A stretch of 63,872 bases of DNA, filler included, from Choristocarpus tenellus KU-1152 (GCA_964200185.2; 12 parts of 12 records of this genome joined end to end with filler, not necessarily neighbours in it), one strand, 5' to 3'. Positions 25,901 through 39,233 are shown, counted from the first letter of the whole stretch. The notes: a model not told the origin generated them from the letters alone. Numbers and translations: made by a program.

Positions 25901-28900
25901 CAAGCAAGCTTTACCCATGGAACAGGCTGCCCCTTCTCACACATCTCATTCCCTGATGCTTGGTTTTGCCTTTCATGTACAACAGGCAGCACTTCCAGTC
26001 CTATTGCTAGAAAAACTAGCAGCCGAGGCAGAAGCAAGCCGCCTGCAAGACCTCCTGAGGGAGAGAGGAGAGGCAATTGAGCTGATGGGTGGGCAGTTAT
26101 CGATAGGCCAAATAGGAGAAGAGGTAGAGATAGCTCATACCGACTCCACTGAGGACCCAGCACCAGGTACTACAAAAAAGATGCAGGGAGAGGCAGGGGT
26201 AGGGACAGCTATGGCATCAATGGCCGTAGGAGTAGACCATGCATCTGGTAGAACTCTTGAAGAGAGTAAGAGGTGGATGGAAGCGAAAGACGGTGAGGGG
26301 AGTGTGGATGTTGGAGAGAGTGTAATGGAGGGTATTACAGAGGAGTCTTTTTTCGAAGTTGTTGATGAGAATATGTTAGACTTGAACCGGAGCAAGAACA
26401 ATATCAGCAGGCCTATGAAACCAGGGGAGGCAAAGTTGAAGGAAAATTCCACTGGGCAATTAGCAACGACTGAGCAGGAACTACGGGAGTCCAAGAAGAG
26501 TGTTGCCCAATGGGGGGACATCACTGCTTGTTCAGGGCGAGCAGAACATGGTGAGGTGGAATATGCTAAGCGCCTAGCAGCTGTTCAGGAGGAGTTACAG
26601 GCTGCTACGTTGAGCTTAGTTGATTTGAGGACATCCTTAGCTGAAACCAAGGAGAGGGCTTCTATTACTGAGGAAGACTTGAGTAAGCAGCTGGTCAAAG
26701 CAACACAAATGTTGAGGGAGGGAGAGGAAAGAGAAGAGAAGTTGAAGGTGAACAATGAGCACCACATGACTGAGAGTAAGGAGCACTTGGCAGCTCTCAT
26801 GGAGGAGAAGTTAGCCGTGGAGAACGAAGTGCTGTTGTTGAAGGGTTCCGTTGCAGAGGCCCAGGAGAGAGCTTCTGCCACTGAACTATTTCACACTCAC
26901 AGCCTGACCATAAAAGAGGAGGAGCTCCAGGAAGCTCATGTGAGGATTCACAATCTCAAAAGCACCAAAATTCACGAGAGGTTGAATTCAGATAAGAAAA
27001 TAGGTGCTATTGAGAAGGAGAAGCAAGCTACAGAACAGAGGTTATTTGAGGTGCAAAGTTCTCTACAAGCAGCTCAGGAGATGGCCTCCATTGCCCACCA
27101 GGATTCACTTGACAAAATGACTGAAGCAGTGCAGCGGATGCAACAAGAAGCAGAGGGTAAGGTGCAAGCAATGAAGGATGACACTTGTCATGAAAGAGAA
27201 GAATTGACAAAGCAGATAACAGGTCTAATTGAAGGGAAATGTGTTGCGGACAATGATATATCACGGTTCAAGACTTCTCTTGAAACTGCCAAGAAGAGGG
27301 TCCTTACAATGGATGCAGAACATGCCAACCAGCTATCTGGAGTCCACAAGAGTCTCCAAACAGCCCAGGAGAGGTTACAAAGGGTTCAGGGTGATGCACA
27401 GCATATGCAGAAGGAGTTAATAGAACGAATAGAAACCCTCACAGCTGACAAGGAGGCCACAGAGCAGAACTCAAGGCAACTCCAAGGTACCCTGGCAGCT
27501 GCAGAGGAGAGACTCAATCGTGACAGGGTCGACCATGCAAACCAACTGGCTGAATTGCAGCAGAGACTACAAGGTGCGGAGGACAAGGTGAAAGATCTTT
27601 TGAGTGATATTCGGTCTAGAGAGGCGGAGTCTTCAGGTCTCATGGCAACTAAACTGGAAAATGAGAAGCTGGTAGAGAGTCACATGGCCAAGCTTACTGC
27701 TGATCTCGCTGAGGCCAAGGCAGAGACCTCTCTCATGGAGCGAGAGTACCAAGTGCAGGTAGCAGAAGAGAAAAAGAGGTTGAGGGAAGCTGAAGAAAGC
27801 TTGCACCAGTACAGATGCAATGCCAAACGTGAGGGCATGGAGTTGTCGATGCGCATACAGTCATTAACAAAGGAGAAGCAAATCGCAGAGCAAAAGGTAG
27901 CTGAGCTGAAGATTGCCACTGCAATGGTAGTTGATGAAGCTTCCCGTGTGAAGCAAGCATTCCAAAAGCAGCTTGTTGAGGCTGACCAGAGGATTAGTGC
28001 AGCTGTTGGACGAGCTGACCGCCTCCACAGTGATGCAGAACGAGAGAAGCTAGCCTCAGCTCAACACATGGCATTGATGAAAAATGAGAAAGATACGGCA
28101 CAAGGTGCAGTGGTGAAGCTTCGTGAAACCATTTCAAAGAAAGAGGAGACACTTTTTCGCTTGAAACATGAGAACATTGAGCAATTGGCAGAAATACAAG
28201 AACAACTCAACAAATCAGAAAGATTGGTGGAGCAGCTCAAGGCAGATTCAGGTTCTAAAGAGGCAAAGTCAGCTCAAGAAATTCTATCCGTCACCAATGA
28301 AAGGGTGGTGACAGAGCAGACCTTGATGCAAGTGAAGCAATCCTTAGCAAAAGCTGAGGAGAGGGCAGCCAAAGCTGAGCAGGAACACACTGAGCAGCTT
28401 ATGGAAGTTCGGGACATGTGCAGGAGTGCAGAAGTTAGAGCTGAGACCCTTAAGGGACACAAAGAGAGGCATGAGAGAGAGGCCTTGGCTCGCATTGCAG
28501 ATATCACTGCAGAAAAACAAGTCGCAGAACAAAGCTTGGCTGATCTCAAAGACCTCCTTTTTGCAGTCAGAAAAGAGGCATCGCATAAGGGACAGGCATA
28601 TCAGGAGGAGCTAGAAAAGGCAAACCAGAGAGTAAGTGAAGGAATGGTGAATGTAAAACAACTCAAGCATAACGCACAACATGAGGCATTAGAATCGGCT
28701 CAGAAAATTGCTATGATAGGGGAGCAGAAGAATGTTGCTCAACGCACAGTGGAACAGCTCCGTGAAGCCCTGCTTTCAGCAGAGGAATCGATTGCTGCTG
28801 CTCAGCTAGAGCACGCTGAACAACAGGCTGAACTACAGAACAAACTTCAGAGTGCGGAGAAGAGGTCTGAGGAGCTCAAAAGCAAACTCGAGCTTGCAGA

Positions 28901-31587
28901 TGCAAAGTCCTTGCAATGTTCCGCAGCAGCTGTGGTTGTGGAGGATAAGGGAAGTCAGATAGAGATGAATGCACCAGACGAAGCATCGAAAAGACAGAAA
29001 ACCTCTAAGGCAATTGCAACATACGATCCAGAGCTTGCATTCACCGAGGGTAGCATAATGAGCAGGGAATGGGAAGTCAGTGGGTCAAAGGTAGAAGTTG
29101 AATCGGTGGGACCTGGTGGGGATGGGGGTGGAGGTAAAGATCGCAGCAATTTCAATTCATGGGAGGAGCACATTCGGGTATTGGAGGTGAGAGTGATTCC
29201 AGGAAGAACTAATGGGAATTTTTCTAGAAAGAACTTCCAAAGGCCAGATGACGTGAAACTCAGTCACTAAGGCAAACAGCCTTGACTGAGTTTTTTTTTA
29301 CAGATATTCTGTGTAAGGTTGAGGGTTAGGGTTATAGTTAGATGCCATGGAGCACTCATAGGCCTGGAGTTTGGGACTGATCCATCCTTGTTGTATACCT
29401 TTGCCAATGAGGTTGTGGAGGTTACAAATTGTATGTGGTTTTCTGTACTAATAACAACAGAGCGTAGGACTAAAAAATTATTGAAGTTGAAGTAATGGAA
29501 CTTCAACATTTTTCACAGAACACCAAAGGACACATCAATACCACAACCCTCCTTGTACTGCTCCCGCATAGGCAATCCAGTTATCCTTTATTCCGACCTA
29601 CCACCTTCTGGATGAGAAATGATCATTGGCTGCTCCAGACACTCTGCAATATAGAATAAAAACCCTGCCAATGCAAGTATACCCCCCATTTCAGCCCTTT
29701 GTGATCTCTTGCTCGCACAACCTGATGCTCTGATCAACTCTAGCACTTTGAGATACTACAACCTGCATAGGACCTTATCCCCACACTCATGCCAGCCTTC
29801 AAATGTTTCGATTCCATGCATTCAAGGTTAGAGTTGGTTCTGCAGAGGTTAGAGCATCTGAAGCCGAGAAAAACCTCGAAGAGGCATCTGCCGCTATGCC
29901 CGCTCTTATACAAACAATTGTAGATGGGCATAGGCAAGAATTGACCTCTCTTAGGGAGGAAGTCGCGGAGGGAGTAACAGCATGTCCACGTTTATCAGGA
30001 GCTGTCCCAAGGGAGAACCTCACCGCAGAGGGGGATAGTGAAGAGAACTTGGATGGTTCAGGAAGTCAAAAACTTACAGCGCTGCTGGTTGAAAAAGATG
30101 AACTTCAGAGGTGTGTGTGCAGGGGGAAGCAGGCAACAGAGTTATAAATATGATGGTGGACACTTTCAGGTTCAATACTCTGAGTCGAATGGTTGAGAGG
30201 ATTACCTATATTGATATTTTTGAGTAGAAAATCTCCTGGAAATGCATGCGCCACACATGAAGGAAAACATCCCTAGCCCTGAGGCCCATATCTATACACA
30301 GTGATTTCAAGTCAAGAGAAATCATTCAAAAATTACTATTTTGTAACATTTCGTAGGAGTGGGATAGGAATGCACCTAAAAATATTGGAAAAAAAAAAAA
30401 ATGTAATATTTTTCCATTAGGAACGGTCCTACATCTGACCCGAAGGGTGTCAGATCCTAGCCTAGCCTTCCTTCTTGCTCTCAGCTTTGAAAGCTTTGAC
30501 CAAATATCAGCATGGCCAACCCCCTGTTCCTTGCCTCACTCACTCCGCATTCCCTCCTTGTAGCCCATAGAGTCAATGTATCTTAGAGGGTAGAGTTGTG
30601 TCCATTTGGGGGCCAAAATCCAATGCTCTGCGATTTTGATCTTGTTTTGGCTATCATGTTTGTTAGGAAGTATCAATATCCTTGTTCCAGGTAGACCTTT
30701 TAATAACATACACATTTTACCTACTCCGAAACATTTCGGAGTAGGTAAAATGTTACTAAAAAAAAATCATGGGAACCCAAGCCCCAAACAGAAAAACAGA
30801 GCAAAGCTCGTACCCTCTAAGATACTTTCACTGACAGCACTCTTGCCCCTTCCTTTATCGATTCCAAATATTTTCAAAGATAAGATTTTGGGTAGCATGG
30901 CATGTTTCGAGGGAAATGCACCTAATAATACTCAATTAGCTGTGCAAGCCATCCATGGTGTAAATGTAAGTACAATGAACAAAAGACAAGCAATTGTGTA
31001 GCCCACAAATGGCAGGCAGCGTGTTCCTGAAAGGACCATGAAAGCAAGGTGTAAACATAAGTGTTCTCCATTTCCATCTTATCGCTTCAATCCTAGGGTA
31101 TGCCTTAGTCAGACCATAATTAACAGGTGGGCTAACCTTCTGTTCCAATGGGCGCAATTTGTATGGATCAGGTGGTGTGAGACAACCTGAAACTGAATGC
31201 TGGACATGATCGTTTGAAATAGTTGTTGGAAGCCTAGGAGTGACATTGCATCATGGGATACGCTCGGGACATACCCTCACTACTGTAGACAGATTGGTTG
31301 GGGTTATGTATTCAGAGTTTTTAAAAGTTTTTCCAAAGGGTTAAAGTTGAAGTTAAAGTTGACTTTCCTTTTCGTAGATGCCCCCCATCTGACCATTCTC
31401 AGTATTGGCATGGCTGCGTCCCCAAAACGACAACAGGGAGAGGGAGCGCCTCAAGAAGGATCTAGAAGATGCTCAAGATGCTCTTGAGATGGAGAGCTAT
31501 AAAAGAACAATTCAGGCGGGGCAATATGAATTCGCCATTGAAGACACTTCTCAAGATCTGGATCAAACTCGCCAGAGACTCGCAGAG
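19988..31587 (+). CDS. Very large coiled-coil protein (partial, >1700 aa); exons 19988-20174, 21543-21652, 22190-22517, 23429-23581, 24217-24762, 25112-25366, 25986-29186, 29827-30110, 31437-31587
   Basis: Nine AG/GT-bounded exons join with consistent phases. The 3201-nt exon lies within the 1117-aa ORF, is E/K/Q/A/L-rich with heptad character and carries a 71-aa tandem repeat. The boundaries of the sixth exon are the least certain. Confidence 0.85.
20948..21005. repeat. Short dispersed repeat; second copy at 32986-33045
   Basis: CCTCACACGA.CCC.CTTTGCTGAA.GTGAT...TGGTTGAAA...GAAGAG..GTGAC is shared between two contigs. Confidence 0.7.
30570..30833 (+). mobile_element. MITE family A copy (Sola2-like), intronic
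   Basis: TIRs GAGTCAATGTATCTTAGAGGGTA / TACCCTCTAAGATACTTTCACTG; perfect internal hairpin at 30712-30753; TSD not recognisable. Confidence 0.9.
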
Positions 31588-34163
31588 GTGGGGTGGGGTT
31601 GTGGGCAGGGGGGGCGATTGTTATGTGGAAAGGGGAGGGAGAGCAAGAGGTTGATGAGAAATCCTTTATCTAGAAATCCACAAAAGGGGAAGATAATGTA
31701 GACTACTTCCTCTGATCAGCTCTCCTTTGAATAGTTTGCAGGGTAGGCTGTAAATGCATTAAAATAGTATCGAATTTTCATAATTTTTGGTGGGGACCTT
31801 GGAAAAACCTGTTGTGACCTTATCTTAAAATCTCAGTGAACTTCGATGCATTCAAACTGTATTCTTCCTAACCTTCTCCTCCTGCAGTGAAGGCGTAAGA
31901 CACACCATTCCCATAGAGTATTATTTCTGTTACCCATGAAAAATAGTGAAGTATAGAAAACACTCTGCTGGAAGTACAGGGAGGAAACTATCACTTCAGA
32001 GATGATCATCTGCTGCAGACAAGAAGGTACAGCAGTGGTATATAGCAAATGATATGCATTACGTACAGATATTTATGTAGCAAAAGGTGTCTCTAGAAAA
32101 ATGTGCTTGAAATATAATCATTCGAGTGTTTGCCATTTCAGTTAATGTCTATTGTCCATGTGGTACTTAACCTCCAGGTACAAGAAATCCCGTATGTTGT
32201 CCCACTCCTACAGTACTCAAACTTCACCCTGTCATTGCACACACACGCGCGCGCGCGCATGCACCCGACCATGCACACACATACACACACACATGCACGT
32301 AAAGTGTACTACACAGTATTGCTGAAACGAGAGGCCCATCATGTGCGGTACCCATGAGGGAAGCAAGGAATAATTGTGTGCACTCGGGTGTTATGGTAGT
32401 TGTAAGTATCGCATTCACTGTCAGGGATGAGCATTTCCTATCAGCGATGAGCATTTCCTATCAATACTACAGCTCTCTGCTGTATACATTGTTCGATAGA
32501 ATACCCCACGTCCTGTGAAACGCAATTTATTTCGTAGGCACATCAATGCGTAAAAGCTGCTGACAGAGTTTGTTCAGAAAGATCACTATGATACAGTTGT
32601 GAGAGTGGTTTACTTTTTTTGGTTGTAGCTTATGCTTCATGCCTCTAAGCGTCCTCCTTACAGCATCTTACTGCACCGCCAGTGAGACATGTCTGAATCT
32701 GGTGGCAATCCCAAATTTTGCTCAATTGTTCCTGCAGCTGCCAGTCGAAGCCAAACCGTAATCCTAACTTTAACCCTAATAAAAGATTGAGTAGACTAAG
32801 GTATACAAATTGACACCCTGGTGTAGACCCCCCCCCCTCCCAGNNNNNNNNNNNNNNNNNNNNNNNNNNNNNNNNNNNNNNNNNNNNTTAATTAATTAAN
32901 NNNNNNNNNNNNNNNNNNNNNNNNNNNNNNNNNNNNNNNNNNNGGTAATGCTATTTGTTAGTAGTGAAGATAAGAAGGTGTGAAACCTCACACGACCCAC
33001 TTTGCTGAACGTGATTACATGGTTGAAATTGGAAGAGAGAGTGACCTTTGTGGGGTGTCTTCTCATTGTTTGTTTATTATTATTATTATTATTATTGTGT
33101 TTTCACTATCTATTTCAAAGTAGCGAAAGAGAATGAATAACAAACAAATTCCATATATAATTCGGATGTACTATCTCATTAGTTACATCACATGGATTCA
33201 ACTCAACACAATAATCTCATATGCACAAAATAAGGCACACTTCACTATTGTCCTATTTTGCACACAATCTACTGTTAAGACACGATGAGGTGCTTGTCAT
33301 TGCAGGGACATGGCTGAGGGGTGTTAGAATCCTGTTTGTTGTGATAGGTGATGGGGATTGGTGTTGACAACATGGCACAGTGTTCTTTTTTGTTTCTTCT
33401 TTGGAGGTGATGTAGTGGGTCATATGGAATTGAGTCCATAGGGGCATGCCTTTGATCAAAGTGGACTCCCGATACAGACTCTACAACTGTGGAGCAATAT
33501 TATTCAAGATATTTGACAGGAGGTGGAAGTTGAAGTTCTCTTCCACACCCTACTATTTGTGCTCACACTTGTTACCCTACATCGAGACCTTGAGGTGAAG
33601 TGCAGCTGAATGCAAATGACATGTAACTGCTGTGAGTACTGCCCAGGTACTGTACCCAATCTATAAATGATGAAAAGTACAAAATGCCCCTTCCTTAGTT
33701 ATACAAAACTTTGTGGTAACCACATTTTCACGGATTGTGCAGGAAAAAAATGGAAGTGAAGTGATGTTGGAAGGACAGGGACGGTACACCCAATTGATGG
33801 AGAGGCTGGTAGACTTGGACTGCAGAGTTAGAACAGAGGTTTGGCTTGTATCGAACCTCTGCAAGACATGTGAGTGTGTGGTTCACTATAGAGCACTTTG
33901 AGGAGCTACAGCGTGCATTTAGTAGTTGATGTGGATATCCTGCTATGAAGTGGCCTGTGCATGCCACCCCATTATGGCTGCATGAGAAAAGATCCTTGTG
34001 CATTGCTTGAAACCCCTTGAACCTTGGGCGCCGCTCTTTCCTCTCGCTGGCTTCTTTCCCATGAATATTTTAATCAGTCATGCAGAGTTTAAACCGGGAG
34101 GGAGTGTGTGAGGACACCACGGTGGAAGAAGTCCCTCTGTATGGGCATGACAACAAGGAGTCG

Positions 34164-35919
34164 CTACAACCACTGGTTTCTGGTGAGCCCATGTAGCAAC
34201 GTGTTAAGTGTGTGTTCAAGAAGGCATGCATAGCTGATTGTGATCATCCTGGCATCAACATCAAGTCTCTTGTAATTTGGCCTCTGCAAATTCAACCCAT
34301 CTCCTCCAACAGTGCTGCCTCGACCCTTATCCATCATCTCTCCCTCACCGTCCACTGAATGCATATATACTGCTGAGGTATGGAACCCTGCCACATTTTC
34401 ATCCTCAACAAGTGCTGAACCGGAATCCCCCTGTGGTGACTGGAATACGGCCAGATGAGCTGAGGAAGGCACATCTTCCCACATAGTGTCAGAGGAAATG
34501 CCCTCTTCTTTCCCTTCCTCTTCCTCTTCCACTTCCTCCGACTTGGACTCACCCTCCACACCACTAGGCCCAAACTTAAAACACGACCGTGTTCTTCATG
34601 CCTGTCAACTATGTTGTGGTGAGGTCCTGCTCCAGTACCATCTAGGTGAAGAAGTGCTTCCATGCCTTCCTGTGGCAGCACAAGTGTGGTGGTCTCCTCC
34701 AGGAAAGGATATCTGACACACTTGTGGGTGCTGCTGTAAAGATATGCACTTGGATGGACCTCTGGAGGCAGAGGAAGAACGAGTGCACTTGACGGTGGGT
34801 ATGTAGAACGTTCAGGTCTGGCCAGGGGAGGATATGCCACACAGTCATCGAGGCTGTTGGGAAGAGTGATACTTTTATCCTCCTCTAGAGGCCGAGGAAG
34901 TGCAAGTGCCCATGGTGGAGGGCACGCAGGAGCTGCAGGGCCAACCACAGGAGGATAGCCTGAACAGGTACTGTGGGGAGTCACGACAGGGCTGATGTCG
35001 GAAGGTAAGGGACAATTTATGACCTGCTCTGGAGGTTCATAATATCCTGATGTTTCTGCAGACACCGTTGTTGGTTCTATGTCCATTTGAGAATCTTCAT
35101 TGACTCCATCATTATTTTCCCGTTTTCCTTCTCCAGATGGAGGACCCGATGATGCAAGGGGGGGTGGGATTGGGGAAGTATCAGGCACCTGCTCCCTCGC
35201 ACAACATACCCTGCCCCTGTCCCTGCCTCTGCCCCTACCCCTGCCTCGGCCTCTATCCCTGCCCCTACCCCTATGGCAGCCTCTTCCTAGGCCCGGGCTG
35301 CGGTGTGGGACCCGGTTTCTTGACCTCCCTCTTATAGAGATCAACATTGCTCCGAACATTACCGTAGCTGCGATTATCACCTAAATGGCTTGCCTGTGCA
35401 TTAGGAAGTGGGAGAAGAGGGATTAATCAACGGAAGAGGTGGGATTTGCACTTACTGTATCCACAAGAGAGAGATACCAAAGTGCCATACCCTATTCTAC
35501 CACCCACGATACCCACAATATGTATAGTGAAGTACATGGTGTAAGCAAAACGTATGTTTATGTGCTGGGAAAGGATCCAATATCTGATACTCTTGGGCAA
35601 TATAGATTTGATTTACTCCACAAATACCCCTCAACGCCAAATATGTCAAACCTTCTTCAAACTTCATCCAAAGAAATGATCCACACATACCATTATTACA
35701 ATATAGAATCAAAAACATAGTCTGCTGTGTCTTGTCTGGTTTTGAGTATTCCTGGTACACAAAAGTGTACACAGGAACACAAATTGTGCACTAGGTTGGG
35801 GGAGATGCTGAATGGTTGAGTGGAGAGAGAGAGACATTTACCTCAGGTAACAGAAAATGAAGATCATGTTGTGCACTGAATCCCTCTCTTGCACTATACA
35901 AGTCCATCAACAATACTCT
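34164..35919 (-). CDS. Putative exons of an unknown low-complexity (Pro/Ser/Glu-rich) protein, with a frame discontinuity near 34560
   Basis: Exon 35841-35919 (VLLMDLYSAREGFSAQHDLHFLLPE|GTAAAT) joins in phase to CAG|VPDTSPIPPP inside the 348-aa ORF. A protein-like acidic reading continues in another frame (34164-34559). Confidence 0.4.
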
Positions 35920-36515
35920 TTGCATTTGTGTTGAATTCATAAAGCCTTTCGGATGTGACAGGTACATTTGGAGGATATGCTGATCCTCTCTAATGAGGAC
36001 TAGGCATTGAAATATTTTAGGGGATATTGATCAGAAGATGATCACACATGATTCTGCTACTCATCCAATTTTAAACAATATTTGTACTTTGACACATAAA
36101 TCAAATTCTCAAACTATTTTCCAACGCTAACCCTTCAACATTCAAAATTTATATACTGCTCTAAGATATACAAAATATATTTCTATATGATATTTTAACA
36201 CAAAAATTGAACAAATTATTCAAAGAATCAAACATATATATTGATCCAATTGTTTAGGACATATCATCAGGATGTGATACTACATGGTACAACAATTTTA
36301 AGGGGTTAAACTGGTAGCATCCGCAATAGGCAGCAAAGATGTTGCAGTATATATGATTATGTATATACCAGGCTACGTATGACACGGCCCTCAGCACATA
36401 ACACACCACATTTTTCTGTAGTCAACCTTGGGTGGAGGAGGACGTAGCAAATCTGTATGTAGAGAAGGAATGATCAAGAAGAGTAGATAATTGTTCTTCC
36501 CTCTTCCATCAAATA

Positions 36516-36773
36516 GAACCAACATATCTTAGAGGGTAGAGCCGTGTCCATTTGGGGGACAAAGCCCAATGCTGGAATTTTGATATAATTTTGGCTATCA
36601 TGTTTGTTAGGAGATGTCAATATCCTTGTTCCAGGCACACCTTTTCATAACGTATACATTTCAACTACTCAAAAATATTTGGAGTAGGTAAAATCTCATT
36701 AAAAACCCGTGGGAAGCCAAGCCCCAAAGAGACAAAAACGGAAAAACTCGTACCCTCTAAGATACTTACACTC
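36516..36773 (+). mobile_element. MITE family A copy (diverged left TIR)
   Basis: Colinear with the other copies; right TIR TACCCTCTAAGATACTTACACTC. Confidence 0.88.
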
Positions 36774-37449
36774 AGATGTTGGTGGTAAGCCCATGAAAAT
36801 TCAAGTGCCGTTGTGTGCCCAAATATGTTTGTGTACACATATCTTGTTGGAAGGGAATGTTCAAATATTTGTAACATGTGATACTATGTTCTACTATAGA
36901 AAATGTGGAGTTTTGTCATCACATGTCAAAAGGTTGTAATTCACCCAGCAATCAGCACAACAAGCTCCTGTTCAGTTTCTGTTGAAAACCCACTTGTGCA
37001 AGGATATGGGATCTACAAACAGGTACTCTCCTCTTCCCAAAACCTGTAGAAATACAGAGTTCTAACCTACTTTTCGGTAGAGAACTACATCAATCAACTC
37101 CCCTCTTGTATGTTCAACCCTAGAGACACTTGGTTCTGGAGGTGATCAAACTGCAGCACTTTATCTTCATGATCCGATGTTCTGAGAATTCTAGTGACCT
37201 TCATACTCCAAACCTGTACTCCAATACAAGGAATCTTGCAGGCTAATATGTCAAATATAGATGTATCACTTGGTGATGAAAGACCCTAGCCAAACGTCCA
37301 GAGAAGGCATAGAGGAGTATGGTACTTGTGTGGACGTGGTTGCTGTGGGCTCCATCTGCAAAGGATTCCTCACTTGTTGGATGTGGAGACAGCTTGATCC
37401 TGGTGAAGATGATGCGCTGGATTTGTCATATCGATGGCGTTGATCACCT

Positions 37450-38800
37450 TTCGATATTTTGTTGTTGATGTGGAAATGTGAGGAGGAAAGAGAGTACAGT
37501 GACATGAAGCCAATCAGATATGCAGTATGTGAGGTAATGGAAGTCATGCCACATTGGGGGTATGGGAGACTTGACAAATAATTGACTGACAGCACTATTA
37601 GTCTCTGTTCAGGACACCATCAAGACTTTCCATTGGCGACTGGGTGTGGGGGACATCACCCTGGCTAACCACACTATCAAATTCCTCCAGCAGGGAAGTG
37701 AAGATCCCAAGAGCGATAGTGGTAGTACAGTACTTCACAATAGTTGTTGACTGGAAAGAGAAGTCAAAATGAATAATTTATACGTCCAAGATGCACCAAG
37801 GGCTAAGACAGTCAACTCCTTGTTCTGTAAGATTAACAAGAGAAGGCAACTGAGTGAGGTGTAGTGGATATGGTCTTGGCAGAGGTTCCTTCCTTGTCCC
37901 CTCATAGGGTACTTCACCCATGTATCATAGGTATGTGATGGAATGAACCAGAGAGTACTGGTTCTTCCATCCACCAATGTTGAGGTGTACACATAGCAGT
38001 TCTACCTACAGGGAATCTACCCCAGTAAATTTTGGACAAAGGAAAAAGAGGAAATGAGCAATGCCAAAGGTGGCTGAAGACAGTAATGGGTACCATCATA
38101 ATTTGGGTCCACTTAAACATTACCCACCTCTCCCGCATGTCTTGTCCTGTTCCGTTAAGGAGCACTATGCTGGTAAGTTGGAGGTAAAGTATTGAAGGAG
38201 GGTGGATAACGATAGGCAATCAACAAGAGCTACAAGAGGGTGAGTACCTCTTCCCTTCACAGTATACACTGTGTACTCTCTGAGTGTGCTCACCTCCTCT
38301 CCAGGGCATGTAGGTGGGTAGCAATGCATGCTTGGGGGAGCCAGCGCCCCCATGTCCAGGTAGTCCTCGCCCAAAGGCGGACCTTGCCTCCTCCACACAG
38401 CTTTCGATCCATCTGGGCAGCTCCTGGTCTGGCATGGACACCCGGGACTCGAACGGCACCACGTGCCCCGGATGGCACCCTTTGAGGTTCAAGGCAGATG
38501 GGATCGATCAGACACATGGAAGGTGGCAGTAATATTCGGGAACGGTTGGCGTGCGGGCAACAGTACCAGGACAACGTTACATCCATTCAACGTCCAGGGG
38601 CCTAAGGAACTTGGTGTCATTTCTCCAATATTGAGTGGGAGCCAAGTAGATCTGGGTCACGAAATTCCGACAAACAGCCGAAGTATCCGATTGAGGTAAT
38701 GGCAAAGATGGTTGCAGAATGGTGGAGTCGTAAGGCAAGAGTTTCGAATTTCGCAGTATTCCAGAATGAGGAAAATACAGGAACATCTCGACAAGGTAAG
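37450..38800 (-). mobile_element. Probable degraded LTR-retrotransposon gag/protease remnant (Ty3/gypsy-like)
   Basis: Broken minus-strand frames include a Trp-rich gag-like stretch (KVRLWARTTWTWGRW) followed by a decayed aspartic-protease-like TLVDGRTS..WFI. Many stops and frameshifts. Confidence 0.35.
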
Positions 38801-39233
38801 CATTGCCAGTGTGTCACAGGCATAGGACTCACAAAAGATTAATGGCGCTCAAGGCATGATATGTTGAAGATCTGGAAATGGTCGATGTCGCCAGCACTTT
38901 GTATCTTGTGACTTCAATCGTTGAAGAGGGGTACGGAAAGCATTGTCTTTGTTCGCTTCGATTAATCAAATATCAAGAGGAAGCTTCCCGGTGTTTGCGA
39001 GTGCTACGCACGATCATCACGCAGACATATCGCGAACAATACATCAACTCTAAAATTGGTAGTAGTATTATACTATTAATAGTATTATATCCAACTACAA
39101 CATACTTCAATTGGGATTTAGGTGTATTCTGTTGGGATTCGATCAAGTTGGGTTTGTTGTTGGCTAGGACTAGGAATGAGAGGGCCTTTTACATGGAACT
39201 GACACGCAAGCTAACTTACAGATAGTCGAAATC

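Noticed and set aside
30606-31001. Recurring small ORFs with similar peptides (MGAKIQC..., MGSQAP...YPLRY) at about 30606, 36709, 50092, 57649, 62727 and 63137
   Set aside because: They are translations of the non-coding MITE; the frames are not conserved between copies.
33741-33869. Isolated plus-strand AG/GT-bounded segment (EKNGSEVMLEGQGRY...)
   Set aside because: No partner exons or recognisable family; it could be chance.
35205-35300. RG/RGG-like peptide in the 348-aa ORF
   Set aside because: It derives from a CCCTGC-type hexamer microsatellite upstream of the likely acceptor and is probably intronic.
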